Source: an uncultured Dehalococcoidia bacterium
Lineage (GTDB): Bacteria; Chloroflexota; Dehalococcoidia; Lucifugimonadales; UBA3495
Assembly: GCA_964463525.1 (NCBI GenBank)
Contig: CAYXDE010000003.1
Coordinates: 18,407-82,406, forward strand
Direction of reading: 5' to 3'
DNA length: 64,000 nucleotides
Positions 19,297 through 28,492 of this stretch are shown here, piece after piece; positions within the stretch are counted from its first letter, which is position 1; the number at the start of each line of letters is the position of its first letter. The notes below the pieces were generated by a model. That model was given only the letters and a program-made list of their open reading frames with translations, made no database searches and was not told where the DNA came from. Both the position numbers and the translations under genes were made by a program.

Positions 19297-20268
19297 TTGG
19301 CCAAAGAACTGCTCAGGGCTGAAAATCTGGAAAAATACTTCCCCGTTACCAAAGGGCTGGTCTTGATGAAGACCATCGGCCACGTGCGGGCAGTCGACGG
19401 AGTGAACTTTACTATCAACGAGGGGGAGACCCTCGGTCTGGTGGGAGAATCGGGCTGCGGCAAGACCACCACGTCCAAGTTGCTGCTGCGGTTGGAAAAA
19501 CCGACCGGCGGGCAGATCTTCCTTGAAGACAGGGATATACAGGAGTTCAGCGGACAGGAATTGAAGGATTACCGGACGCAGGTGCAGGCGGTGTTCCAAG
19601 ACCCGTGGTCGTCCCTGAGCCCCAGGATGAAAGTTAAGGACATAGTTTCGGAAGCGCTGGTGGTGAACCGGGAAGTCACTCCCAAGGACGCTTATGACCG
19701 GGTCCAAGAAGTGATGGCACAGGTGGGTCTGGCGCCCGAGCAGGCCGAACTCTATCCCCATGAATTCAGTGGAGGCCAGAGGCAGAGAGTGGCGGTCGCC
19801 AGCGCTTTGGCATCCTCGCCCAAGCTCATTATCTTGGATGAACCGGTATCAGCTCTGGACGTTTCCATCCGGGCCCAGGTGATGAACCTGCTGGTGGACT
19901 TGCAGCAAGAAACCGGCGTGGCCTTCCTGCTGGTGGCCCACAACCTCGCTACGGTGCGCTACATGGCCCATCAGACCGCGGTGATGTACCTGGGTAAGAT
20001 CGTGGAATACAGCCCCACCGAGGAACTGTACGACAACCCGCTCCATCCCTACACCAAGGCCCTGTTCTCGGCAGCTCTGCCCGCCCATCCCGATGACCTG
20101 GGGGATGAGATAGTGCTGACGGGAGAGGTCCCTTCGCCGATCAACCCGCCTTCCGGCTGTAACTTCCACCCCAGGTGTCCGTTTGCCATGGACCGTTGTT
20201 CGGTGGAAGAGCCGGCGCTGAAAGAAACGGGCAGCGGCCATCTGCTGTCCTGTCACCTCTACGACTGA
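19297..20268 (+). CDS. ABC transporter ATP-binding protein (DppF/OppF type)
   Basis: TTG start 6 nt after GGAGG. Walker A GESGCGKT, signature SGGQRQR, Walker B ILDEPVS. Confidence 0.9.
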   Translation: MAKELLRAENLEKYFPVTKGLVLMKTIGHVRAVDGVNFTINEGETLGLVGESGCGKTTTSKLLLRLEKPTGGQIFLEDRDIQEFSGQELKDYRTQVQAVFQDPWSSLSPRMKVKDIVSEALVVNREVTPKDAYDRVQEVMAQVGLAPEQAELYPHEFSGGQRQRVAVASALASSPKLIILDEPVSALDVSIRAQVMNLLVDLQQETGVAFLLVAHNLATVRYMAHQTAVMYLGKIVEYSPTEELYDNPLHPYTKALFSAALPAHPDDLGDEIVLTGEVPSPINPPSGCNFHPRCPFAMDRCSVEEPALKETGSGHLLSCHLYD

Positions 20269-20300
20269 ACAAGCCCCCAGCCTTCTAAATACCGGCAAAA

Positions 20301-20340
20301 GAAAACGGCGCACTCGACCAGAGTGCGCCGTTTTGCTTTC
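20301..20340. terminator. bidirectional intrinsic terminator between convergent ABC genes
   Basis: 12-bp stem AACGGCGCACTC/GAGTGCGCCGTT (20304-20315 / 20321-20332) flanked by an A-run and a T-run. Confidence 0.8.
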
Positions 20341-20363
20341 AGATGTTCTTAGTGTTGCCGGGT

Positions 20364-21260
20364 TTAGATACTGCGTTGTTTGGGGTCCAGACGTTCCCGC
20401 AGCCAGTCGCCGCAGAGGTTGAACGCCAACACCACCAGCATGATCGCGATTCCAGGCGCGGTGGTGACCCACCAGGCGGTGGAAACGTATTCCCTGCCAT
20501 CGGCCAACATGGAGCCCCACGCCGGCGTTGGGGGTGGTATGCCTGCCCCGAGGAAGCTCAACGAAGCTTCGACGATGATGACCCAGCCCACCTGAAGGGT
20601 AAGCAGGACGATCAACGTGGGCATCACGTTGGGCAGTAGATGCCGCATCATGATCCGCCAGTCAGAGGCCCCTGAGACCCTGGCACGGGCGATGAAGTCC
20701 CGCTGCATAAGTCCAAGCACTTCTCCCCGTATCACACGGGCGTAACGGGCCCACAACACCAGAGATATGGCCACAATGACGTTCATCATGCTTGGGCCCA
20801 GCACCATCACCAACAGGATGGCGAAGAGGATCAGAGGGAACGCTAAGGTGATGTCGGCCATCCGCATTAACAGCGTGTCTATCTTTCCGCCGTAGAACCC
20901 TGCCGTCAGGCCGATAAGTGTCCCGAAGCCTCCGCCGATGGTCAAAGCCGCCGCGGCGATGATGATGGAGACCCGGGTGCCGTAGATTATCCTGACAAGC
21001 ACGTCACGGCCCAGCGGGTCTGTGCCCAATGGGTGAGAGAGAGTGCCGCCTTCCTGCCAGAAGGGAGGGATCAATCGTTCTGGCAAGCTGACTTTGTAGG
21101 CGTCGTGGAATGTTATGAGGTCCGCGAAGATAGCGGACAGGATGAACACCACGATGATAGTCAGTGGAATGAGGGGCGCACCTTTCAGCCCGCCGATCAC
21201 CTTTTTCCAAATGCTGACTTCTACCGGTTGTAGAGCGGCGTTTTCTACTGCTTGAGCCAT
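20364..21260 (-). CDS. ABC transporter permease (DppC/OppC type)
   Basis: 298 aa, multi-TM, BPD-transporter core (ARARVSGASDWRIMMRHLLPN). Confidence 0.88.
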   Translation of the reverse strand: MAQAVENAALQPVEVSIWKKVIGGLKGAPLIPLTIIVVFILSAIFADLITFHDAYKVSLPERLIPPFWQEGGTLSHPLGTDPLGRDVLVRIIYGTRVSIIIAAAALTIGGGFGTLIGLTAGFYGGKIDTLLMRMADITLAFPLILFAILLVMVLGPSMMNVIVAISLVLWARYARVIRGEVLGLMQRDFIARARVSGASDWRIMMRHLLPNVMPTLIVLLTLQVGWVIIVEASLSFLGAGIPPPTPAWGSMLADGREYVSTAWWVTTAPGIAIMLVVLAFNLCGDWLRERLDPKQRSI

Positions 21261-21266
21261 ATCGAC

Positions 21267-22184
21267 CTACCCTAACCGGATGCGTGGGTCTAAATACGCG
21301 TACGCGATGTCGACCAGCAAGCTGGTGGTGATCACTATACCGGCTGAGATCATCACCACTGCTTGCACCACGGGGAAGTCGCGGAAGACGATCCCCTGGA
21401 ACAATAACCGGCCCATGCCGGGCCAGGCAAACACTACTTCAACCAGGATGCCCAAGGTGATCAAAATGGCGATGTAGATACCGCCCAGTGTAACCACGCT
21501 GATCAGGGAGTTCCTGAGCGCATGCTTCCAGACCACTTTGAACTCGGAAAGGCCCTTTATCCGGGCCAGCTTGATGTATTCGCTGTCCAGCGCCTCCAGC
21601 AAACTGGAGCGCAGCAGTCGGGTGATGGCCGCCACGGTGAAGAAACCAAGGCTGAAGGCCGGCATGATGTAGTGGGTTAACCCACCCATGCCGGAACTGG
21701 GCAGCCAGCCCAACTTCACGGTGAATAGCTGTATCAAAAGCATCCCCAGCCAGAAAACGGGAATAGCTTGGCCCAATACCGCTATACCTGTGCTCACGGT
21801 GTCGATCCACGTCCCTTTGTAGACGGCCGACAACACGCCCAACGGTATCGAAATGAGTATCACGATCACGAAGGCCGCGCCGATCAACTTGATGGAATTG
21901 GGAAGGCGGTCCTTTACCAGTTCCGAGACTGGAGTCTTGCTCCTCAAGGAGTCTCCAAAACTACCTTGAGCATAGTCTCCGATGAACCTGCCGTATTGCA
22001 CGATCAAGGGCTGGTCCGTGCCCATGGCATGTTGCAGGTCTTCAAGGGCTTCGCGGCCGGCGTCGGGCGGCAGCATCAAGAGCGCAGGGTCCCCAGTGAG
22101 ACGCACCATCAAGAAGATGACTATGGAAAGCACGAAGAGGGCGAGCACCGCCTCTCCAACTCGTCTGATTATGTATCGCTGCAT
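21267..22184 (-). CDS. ABC transporter permease (DppB/OppB type)
   Basis: 305 aa. N-terminus MQRYIIRRVGEAVLALF and the EAA-like loop YIKLARIKGLSEFKVVWKHALRN. Confidence 0.88.
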   Translation of the reverse strand: MQRYIIRRVGEAVLALFVLSIVIFLMVRLTGDPALLMLPPDAGREALEDLQHAMGTDQPLIVQYGRFIGDYAQGSFGDSLRSKTPVSELVKDRLPNSIKLIGAAFVIVILISIPLGVLSAVYKGTWIDTVSTGIAVLGQAIPVFWLGMLLIQLFTVKLGWLPSSGMGGLTHYIMPAFSLGFFTVAAITRLLRSSLLEALDSEYIKLARIKGLSEFKVVWKHALRNSLISVVTLGGIYIAILITLGILVEVVFAWPGMGRLLFQGIVFRDFPVVQAVVMISAGIVITTSLLVDIAYAYLDPRIRLG

Positions 22185-22252
22185 TGCCTACCGTGGTTGG
22201 TTTCCGGTTGGGAGGTTCTGACATCGGGATCGGGGTCCGGTCTCGATGTCAA

Positions 22253-22287
22253 AACCTCCCTGGGTAGAGCATCTACCCAGGGAGGTT
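22253..22287 (-). promoter_or_regulatory. intercistronic 15-bp stem-loop between the binding-protein and permease genes
   Basis: Perfect stem AACCTCCCTGGGTAG/CTACCCAGGGAGGTT with loop AGCAT. This placement is typical for mRNA-stabilising or attenuating hairpins after ABC binding-protein genes. Confidence 0.6.
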
Positions 22288-22306
22288 TGATCGATCAACG
22301 CGGTCG

Positions 22307-23983
22307 TTAACGAACGATCAGGTTAGTGAATCCGTCGTCCCAGACCCGCTTGCCCAGGTCCCATGCGGATATGCGTTCGTTGGTCGCATATGAGATGTTC
22401 ATGTTGCAGCAGGTAAGTGACGAGTAGTTGTCGTACAGATATTTGTACAGGGCTTCGCTGCCCTTGACCACGTCGTCGGGCAGGATGGAAGCCTCCCAGG
22501 CTTCGATCAAACGGTCGATCTCGGGGTCATGGGTCGATGTGAATGCCCCGTCTGTGTGGTTGAGCACCCTCATCACGCCCTGGAATCCGGCAAGGGGCCG
22601 GTTGGGAGCGGCAAGGTAGCCGCTGCCATTGTCCAGGGTGTGCGCCAACCGCTCTTGGCGGTAGGAAGCATACTCGGTGGGAATGATCTTCACGTTGACG
22701 CCGATCTCTTCGAGATAAGCGGCCACGGCCTCAATGAACCGGGGACCCTCGGGCACGTCAGCCCTGGGGTAGGACCGGATCGCGATCTCTTCGCCGTTGT
22801 AAGCCGAGGCATCCAGGAGTCGCTTGGCCTCTTCAGGATCGTATGGGTAGGGAGTCAAAGAAGAGTCGACTCCGGGAGCGATGTCGGGCCAGGGATACGT
22901 CACGGCCGGTGAGCATTCTCCGGCGAAGATGAATTCGCAGAGCTCTTCCCGGTTGATGGCCAGGTTGAAGGCCTTTCTGACGTTGATGTCTTTGTAGGCC
23001 GAGTTGTCCCGCCACTGCTCGTGGAAGTACAGGCCCAAGACGCTGGCGCCGTTCTTGCTGAAGATGTTCAGCCCATCGGACTTAAGCTGGGGCGCCCGTT
23101 CGCGGGAGACGGAAATCACATCCACCTCACCGGCTTTAAGGGCGGCTATCCTGGTGCTTTCTTCGGGGATGATCCGGAATACTACAGTGTCCCAGACGGG
23201 GACGCCGTCACGCCAGTGGGTTTCCTGTGCTTTGAGTTCCATGAAGTCGCCCTTCCGCTGGTCGACCCAGGTGTAGGGTCCGCTGCCAATGGGAGATTTG
23301 GCGAATTCGTCGTTGCCGACAGACTCGGTGTAATTCTTGGGCTGGATAAGACCCTCGACGCCCTGGATGTCGGAGAGGTCCCAGTTGAGGAACCCAGAGG
23401 GCTTCGAGGCTGCTATGGCCAACTCAGTAGGAGAGACCACGGTGATCTGGTCCGGGCTTGCGATGGAGGCAGTGACCTTGGTCTTGTAGGAGGCCACTGA
23501 ATCTTCGCTGGTCATGAGCCCGATCGAGAATTTGACATCTTCCGCGGTTAGCGGGTCGCCATTGTGGAACTTGATGTCGTCTCTAAGGGTGAAGGTCCAA
23601 TTCATGGCGTCTGCGCTCATGGACCAATCCTTTGCAGCGCCAGTGCCTTTGTCCACTTCACCGTTGTCATTGGTGCCGGTCAATGCGTCAAACATGAAAC
23701 GCATGTAGGCTTTGCCAAAGGCGAATTCCTGCCACACGCTGGGAGTTTCGTTTCCAAGATCTGTTAGAGCGATGGTCAGTTTGCCTTCAGGTTTCGCTGC
23801 CGCCGGGACCGACGTGGCAACCGCGGTTGTGGGCGCGGGTACGCTGGTTGCAGACGACCCGCTGCTAGGGGCTTGGGTCGCCTCGGATTCCGATGAAGAT
23901 CCGCAGGCCACTGCTACGATAAGCATCATTGCAGTGAGCATAGAGATCAGAAATGGAATGCGAAAAATCCGGTTGTTAGCCAT
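22307..23983 (-). CDS. ABC transporter substrate-binding lipoprotein, family 5 (peptide/opine/nickel type)
   Basis: Start trimmed to ATG 23983 (MANNRIF...) behind GGGGAGGAA. Lipobox VAVACGSS and a Ser/Thr/Ala/Pro-rich linker. Family-5 SBP length and motifs. Confidence 0.88.
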   Translation of the reverse strand: MANNRIFRIPFLISMLTAMMLIVAVACGSSSESEATQAPSSGSSATSVPAPTTAVATSVPAAAKPEGKLTIALTDLGNETPSVWQEFAFGKAYMRFMFDALTGTNDNGEVDKGTGAAKDWSMSADAMNWTFTLRDDIKFHNGDPLTAEDVKFSIGLMTSEDSVASYKTKVTASIASPDQITVVSPTELAIAASKPSGFLNWDLSDIQGVEGLIQPKNYTESVGNDEFAKSPIGSGPYTWVDQRKGDFMELKAQETHWRDGVPVWDTVVFRIIPEESTRIAALKAGEVDVISVSRERAPQLKSDGLNIFSKNGASVLGLYFHEQWRDNSAYKDINVRKAFNLAINREELCEFIFAGECSPAVTYPWPDIAPGVDSSLTPYPYDPEEAKRLLDASAYNGEEIAIRSYPRADVPEGPRFIEAVAAYLEEIGVNVKIIPTEYASYRQERLAHTLDNGSGYLAAPNRPLAGFQGVMRVLNHTDGAFTSTHDPEIDRLIEAWEASILPDDVVKGSEALYKYLYDNYSSLTCCNMNISYATNERISAWDLGKRVWDDGFTNLIVR

Positions 23984-24195
23984 TGTTCCTCCCCAATATG
24001 TTTTTCCTGGTGAGCTCGCGATACTCGCGTGTATCGCGGTGCCCAAAAAGACCATGAGACGCAGACGTAACCCCAGGTTCCGCGAAGAATAAGCGACCGA
24101 GTTGATTTAGTCAACCAAATCCTACCCAGACGGGAAAGGCGTTGAGGCCCGCTATTCAGGCATCGATCACGCCTGGGTTAACCGCGGCCCGCTGG

Positions 24196-24705
24196 TTAGT
24201 CGAGGGAAAAGGGCTCGCCGTTCAAGGTCAAAGTCTCTTCGAAGGGTGTGGGATTGGCCACCGCCGCTCTTACCCAGCAGCCGTTCTTGGCGTTCCGAAG
24301 CATGGCTGCAACTTTCTTCGGCTCGTCAGGCGATTCTATCTCGTACCTGGTCTCAACTTTGGGCGCACCGGCAAGGATAGTACCGGCTAAGACCGAGCCT
24401 GAGATATCGAAATGCACCGAGGCTTCTGCCCGGACCTTGGTGATATTGATCTTCATTAAGTGAGAGTACCTCTCAATCTGGGTCATCTCTCAAAAAAGGA
24501 TTGAAGCCGCGAAATAATGCAACGGGGCCGGAGCGGTGGCGTTGCCGCCGATGGCCTCGGGCTCATCGCACATGATCTCGAACCCGCGTACCTTGGCCCT
24601 CCGGAGCATATTGCCCAGGTCGTCGACCTCGGCTTCGATCACCATCGAACGGCTGCTTTGCCCCGCTGGAATAGGTTCGTAATTTGGGCCTGATCCTGTT
24701 GTCAT
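24196..24705 (-). CDS. OsmC/Ohr-family peroxiredoxin-like protein with in-frame TGA at 24490-24492 (putative selenocysteine, residue 72 of 169)
   Basis: Track ORFs 24490..24705 and 24196..24486 share one frame and are separated only by TGA-GAG. The TGA falls in APLHYFAASILF[U]EMTQI, where OsmC/Ohr proteins carry the first conserved Cys. The second conserved Cys is present (NAKNGCWV). A hairpin lies downstream. AAGAGG SD precedes ATG 24705. Confidence 0.65.
24461..24475 (-). promoter_or_regulatory. putative bacterial SECIS minihelix for the OsmC-like gene
   Basis: UGAGAG-GUA-CUCUCA (6-bp stem, GUA apex) beginning 14 nt 3' of the UGA. Short, so only moderately convincing. Confidence 0.4.
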
Positions 24706-24803
24706 GAATAACCTCTTAGATCTTATTGGGATGCCTAGAGCGCAAACATTCTAAAGACAATCGTCTGGAAATTCCATGCTGTACGCGCCTGAAATAACCC
24801 TGG

Positions 24804-25679
24804 CTACAAGACCGCCTCGGCCACTCGCTCCAAGGCTTCGTGGGCCGACTTCTCATCGGTGGTGTTCAGCATGTGGACCACACGGTCCGCGTCTGCATCG
24901 GCAAACCGGCGGTTCATCTCCCGGTCGTGGGGCGCGTCCCACATCGTGATGTTCAGCTTTGAGGTGTCACGTCCGCGCGCCGTCATCAGTTCCTCGATGC
25001 GCATTCGAGCGCCGGACAGCTTATCCGGGTCCTCGTACTGGGACGTGTTGCGGGCCCTGGGGAGCCAACCGTCGCCGTAGGCTGCGATGCGGCGGGCGGC
25101 GCTCTCAAGCTCGCCGCCCACAAAGATGGGTGGATGAGGCTTCTGCACCGGCTTGGGAGCGCAGACCAAGGGAGGAAAATCGATATATTCACCGTGGTAT
25201 TCGGTGATCTCCGTGGTCCACAGCTCTTTCATCACATCCAGGTATTCGCGGGTCTGCTTCCACCGGTGAGGAAAGTCTGCGCCTAGAATCTCGGACTCAC
25301 CTTTGAGCCAACCCGCGCCAACCCCAAATAAGAACCGGCCGTTGGATATGTGGTCCAGGGTGGCTACTTCTTTGGCCAGGCGGATCGGGTTTCTCTCCGG
25401 CACCAGGCAGATGCCGGTCCCCAGCTTGATCTTCTGGGTGACCGTGGCGGCCCCGGCCAGGAATAGAAGCGGATCGATGATCTGGTTGATGCCGCCCTCG
25501 GCATAGAATTTGGGTATTCCTCCCTGCCGCCCAGTGGCCGGCGCGACTTTGAAATCGATGGGCACGATCCCGTGTTCGGGGGCCCAGAGAGACTCGAATC
25601 CCAGTTCCTCAACCTTGCGGGCCAGGTCCATGGTGTTGAAATCATGCTGGGTCATTAACAGAGCGATTCCGATATCCAT
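24804..25679 (-). CDS. LLM-class F420-dependent oxidoreductase
   Basis: Start trimmed to ATG 25679 (MDIGIALLMT...) behind GGAG. LLM motifs: GFESLWAPEH, KLGTGICLVPERNP, GRFLFGVGAGW. Confidence 0.85.
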   Translation of the reverse strand: MDIGIALLMTQHDFNTMDLARKVEELGFESLWAPEHGIVPIDFKVAPATGRQGGIPKFYAEGGINQIIDPLLFLAGAATVTQKIKLGTGICLVPERNPIRLAKEVATLDHISNGRFLFGVGAGWLKGESEILGADFPHRWKQTREYLDVMKELWTTEITEYHGEYIDFPPLVCAPKPVQKPHPPIFVGGELESAARRIAAYGDGWLPRARNTSQYEDPDKLSGARMRIEELMTARGRDTSKLNITMWDAPHDREMNRRFADADADRVVHMLNTTDEKSAHEALERVAEAVL

Positions 25680-25724
25680 GACACTCCTAGGGTTTGGCGT
25701 TGTTGTGAGAGGCGGACGAACAGG

Positions 25725-25766
25725 CACAATAAAAGTCCTCCTCTACGCGCTGTAAAGGAGGACTTT
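25725..25766 (-). terminator. intrinsic terminator after the ferredoxin gene
   Basis: 11-bp stem AAAGTCCTCCT/AGGAGGACTTT (25732-25742 / 25756-25766), followed on the minus strand by TTTTATT. Confidence 0.65.
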
Positions 25767-25792
25767 AAGATCGTTGGCAGTTGATCGGGGCG

Positions 25793-26017
25793 CTAGGGGA
25801 AAAGCTGTTCGCCAGTGTCTGCGTCAGATACCGTGATAGCCGCAACCGGGCAGTTTTCCGCCGCTTCCAGAATCAATTCTTCGGTATCGCCGTCTGGGTC
25901 GGCGGATTGTGCCTGCCGGTCTTCGTTCAGATCAAAGGCTTTGGTGGCGATGGTGATGCACATTGCGTTGCCCACGCAGATATCGTGGTCGACCGATACA
26001 GAGATCTTTCTAGCCAT
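25793..26017 (-). CDS. small ferredoxin (single cluster, CxxxxxC...CP type)
   Basis: 74 aa. Contains DHDICVGNAMC...AENCPVAAI, resembling the small [3Fe-4S]/[4Fe-4S] ferredoxins that serve P450s and other oxygenases. Confidence 0.8.
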   Translation of the reverse strand: MARKISVSVDHDICVGNAMCITIATKAFDLNEDRQAQSADPDGDTEELILEAAENCPVAAITVSDADTGEQLFP

Positions 26018-26412
26018 GGTGTTTCAACTCCGAAGATAGAGTGTTGTGGCTCGTGATACCGATCTGGATAAGCAGACTGCGTTTCCAGGGCTTTTCGCCA
26101 GGTCAATGAGCTTGGCAGTTGGGCCCGAAATTCAGCCTGATTACCAGGTTGGGCGCATTCTATCAGCGGGGTAATGGGTGGTCAACCGAGGTTGGGCTAG
26201 GAGGTCCGTTTAGGTCAGCACCACTTTGGCCGCCGGAAGGCCTTGGGCGGGCCGCCGGGCAACCGTGGACGAAATTTCTTCACACTCAGCGGCAACCGGT
26301 CCAGGCCGTCTAACTGCGCGGCAGTCCTGGGCGCCGGGGCTGGCGTTATGACCCGCCATCCGCTGGTGAGATTTTTCTTGTTCATATCAACCGGTCCATG
26401 ATCGCAGGCGGT

Positions 26413-27108
26413 TTAGCTGACTGCATCATACACTCTGGCCAAGGGGACTTTATGAATCTGGCTGACGAAGGCCCGTACTGCCATGATCCTTCGCTCCTCG
26501 TCTGTGCCCCCGAGGATGCCGAGATTCTGGTACAGGGAATCCGAATGGCCGGCCAACTCTGGTTGGTCAAGATGCAACGTTCCGCAGATGCGTTCGTCGT
26601 CGTAACCGTCAGCCATGAGGCCCAAGATGTCTTGTTCTGTATCGCTGAGGCTGGTGTTTAACGTATCTGAGTATTTGCAGTACAACCGGGCCAATCTCTG
26701 GACGATTCCAGAGTCCAAGACGCTGTGGCCATTGTAGACAGCCTCCACTACGCTGACCAGACCGGTAACGTCGGAGATGGAGTGTTTGAGCAGATAAGCC
26801 TTTCTATCCACTCCGTTCTGCATGAGGTCTGCGACGAAGGTCAGGTCGTCATATGAAGAAATCACGATTATGGCGGTGTCTGGGAGCCGCTTTCGAATCT
26901 CATGGGTGGCCTTGATACCGTCCAACTTGGGCATCCACACGTCTAGGATCGCTACGTCGGGCTTGATATCATCGGCGATCCAAACCGCCTCCTCGCCGTT
27001 TTCGGCCATCGCCGCGACCTGCATGTTTGGCTGGGACTCGAGTATCCGTTTGTAAGCGATCCGCATGAATTCAGAGTCGTCGGCGATCAGGACCTGTAGT
27101 TCCTTCAT
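26413..27108 (-). CDS. response regulator, NarL/FixJ (LuxR-type HTH) family, orphan
   Basis: REC domain (VLIADDSEFMR...DVAILDVWMPKLDG). Degenerate LuxR-type C-terminal HTH (LSDTEQDILGLMADGYDDERI). No adjacent kinase. Confidence 0.8.
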   Translation of the reverse strand: MKELQVLIADDSEFMRIAYKRILESQPNMQVAAMAENGEEAVWIADDIKPDVAILDVWMPKLDGIKATHEIRKRLPDTAIIVISSYDDLTFVADLMQNGVDRKAYLLKHSISDVTGLVSVVEAVYNGHSVLDSGIVQRLARLYCKYSDTLNTSLSDTEQDILGLMADGYDDERICGTLHLDQPELAGHSDSLYQNLGILGGTDEERRIMAVRAFVSQIHKVPLARVYDAVS

Positions 27109-27319
27109 ATCTATCTCTTGCGCTCAATCTTGGGGGTAAACAGCGGTAGGGGCCTGCGTTGGCAGGTATCCGCTTCCAGCCTGGGGCCCTGAATGGTTCA
27201 TGCCCTACAATATTTCTAGAGAGTTCTGACCTTAATAGCAATATATGAAGCCAAACCAGGCGTAAAATAGCCTGTTTTACCTTTGCAGGACCAGTGGAAA
27301 AACCAGGGGCTGTGGGAGG

Positions 27320-28453
27320 TCAGCGAGGTTTGGCGTTGGCGAGGGGGCTTCGGTCCATGAGCTGATGTTTCTGACCGTTGACCATCAGATCGGCGGTCAT
27401 CTCGGCCAGAACGGCCGCCATGAGGAACCCGTCGGTGCTGGGCACGGCGAGGTAGACGCCGGCCACACCAGGGAGAGCGCCGATGAGCGGCATACGGCCG
27501 GGCGTGGAGGCGGCAAACGCGGCGATGTTCTCGACCCCAGACGGCTCGAATCCAGGGATTATCTTCGCTACCTGCTCCAACAGCCAGCGCTGGGAATCTG
27601 AAGACGGCTGAGAATCGAACCCATCGGGGTCGAATCTGCTTCCGGCATGGACCAGTCCGTCTTTACGGCAAACGATGTTCACGCCATTCCAGCGAATGGC
27701 GGTGTTCAGTGGAGAGGCCGTGCCCAGGCCCAGGTGCAATTTCTGCAGACCGTATGGCTCAACCGTCAGGTCATAGCCCAGCCAATCGGACATCGCCTTC
27801 AGAGTCCACGCGCCGGTGGCCAAGACGACCGAAGAACACTCAAGAGTGGTCCCGTCCTGGATTTCCACCCCTTTTATTCGTCCATCGGCAACGGAGAGGC
27901 CCACGGCTTTCTTCTGCCGCTGTAGTGTCACGCCTTCGGCCTCGGCCGTCTTGGACAAAGCCGCCATCAAGAGCCTGGGGTCCATCTGGATGCAGTCGTG
28001 ATGGAGCATCCCGCCGGTTATAGACTCAGATAGACGGGGTTCCAGCTCCCGGGCTGCGTTGCCGTCCACCCATTCGGTCCGGAGTCCGGCAGCGGTCACG
28101 TCGGCCAAAATGCGGCGTACTTGCACCTCTTCTTCCCCGGTGGTGGCCGCATAGAGGTAATGAACGTCTTGGTCCCGGTAATCTATTCCACTGGCCTCGT
28201 TGATCTTGGGCAGGTGTTTGCGCCACAGCGCCAGGCTCTCCGCCCCCAAAGCGATCTTGTAGGCGTCATCGTCGCCTGAGGCCGGTTGGACGTTTCCAGC
28301 AGAGTTGCCCGTGGCGCCGGCCCCGGGCCCTTCCTGGTCGATCAGGGTCACCGGCAGGCCCATAGCCGCCAGCCGGTAGGCGGTGAAGCAGCCGACTGCG
28401 CCACAACCGATCACTGTGACGGTCCCATCTAGGTTGCTTTGTGAACTGGTCAT
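27320..28453 (-). CDS. FAD-dependent oxidoreductase (DAO / glycine-sarcosine oxidase-like)
   Basis: N-terminal dinucleotide fold VIGCGAVGCFTAYRLA. 377 aa. Confidence 0.8.
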   Translation of the reverse strand: MTSSQSNLDGTVTVIGCGAVGCFTAYRLAAMGLPVTLIDQEGPGAGATGNSAGNVQPASGDDDAYKIALGAESLALWRKHLPKINEASGIDYRDQDVHYLYAATTGEEEVQVRRILADVTAAGLRTEWVDGNAARELEPRLSESITGGMLHHDCIQMDPRLLMAALSKTAEAEGVTLQRQKKAVGLSVADGRIKGVEIQDGTTLECSSVVLATGAWTLKAMSDWLGYDLTVEPYGLQKLHLGLGTASPLNTAIRWNGVNIVCRKDGLVHAGSRFDPDGFDSQPSSDSQRWLLEQVAKIIPGFEPSGVENIAAFAASTPGRMPLIGALPGVAGVYLAVPSTDGFLMAAVLAEMTADLMVNGQKHQLMDRSPLANAKPR

Positions 28454-28492
28454 GGTTTGGTCCGTCCCCGAGTGCAGATTACAGGCCTAAGA

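Noticed and set aside
24196-24705. Reading the split OsmC-like gene, and likewise the split gene at 40229-40777, as ordinary nonsense pseudogenes.
   Set aside because: Both halves keep intact, family-consistent sequence. In each case the single stop is a TGA at a redox-Cys position, and each is followed by a hairpin with the same GUA apex. Pseudogenisation remains the fallback if the genome lacks sel genes.
26212-26385. A 57-codon minus-strand ORF (MNKKNLTSGWRVITPAPAPRTAAQLDGLDRLPLSVKKF...KWC) 27 nt downstream of the response regulator.
   Set aside because: It is Pro/Arg-rich and has no SD or recognisable domain. It could be a gene remnant, but the evidence is too weak to annotate.
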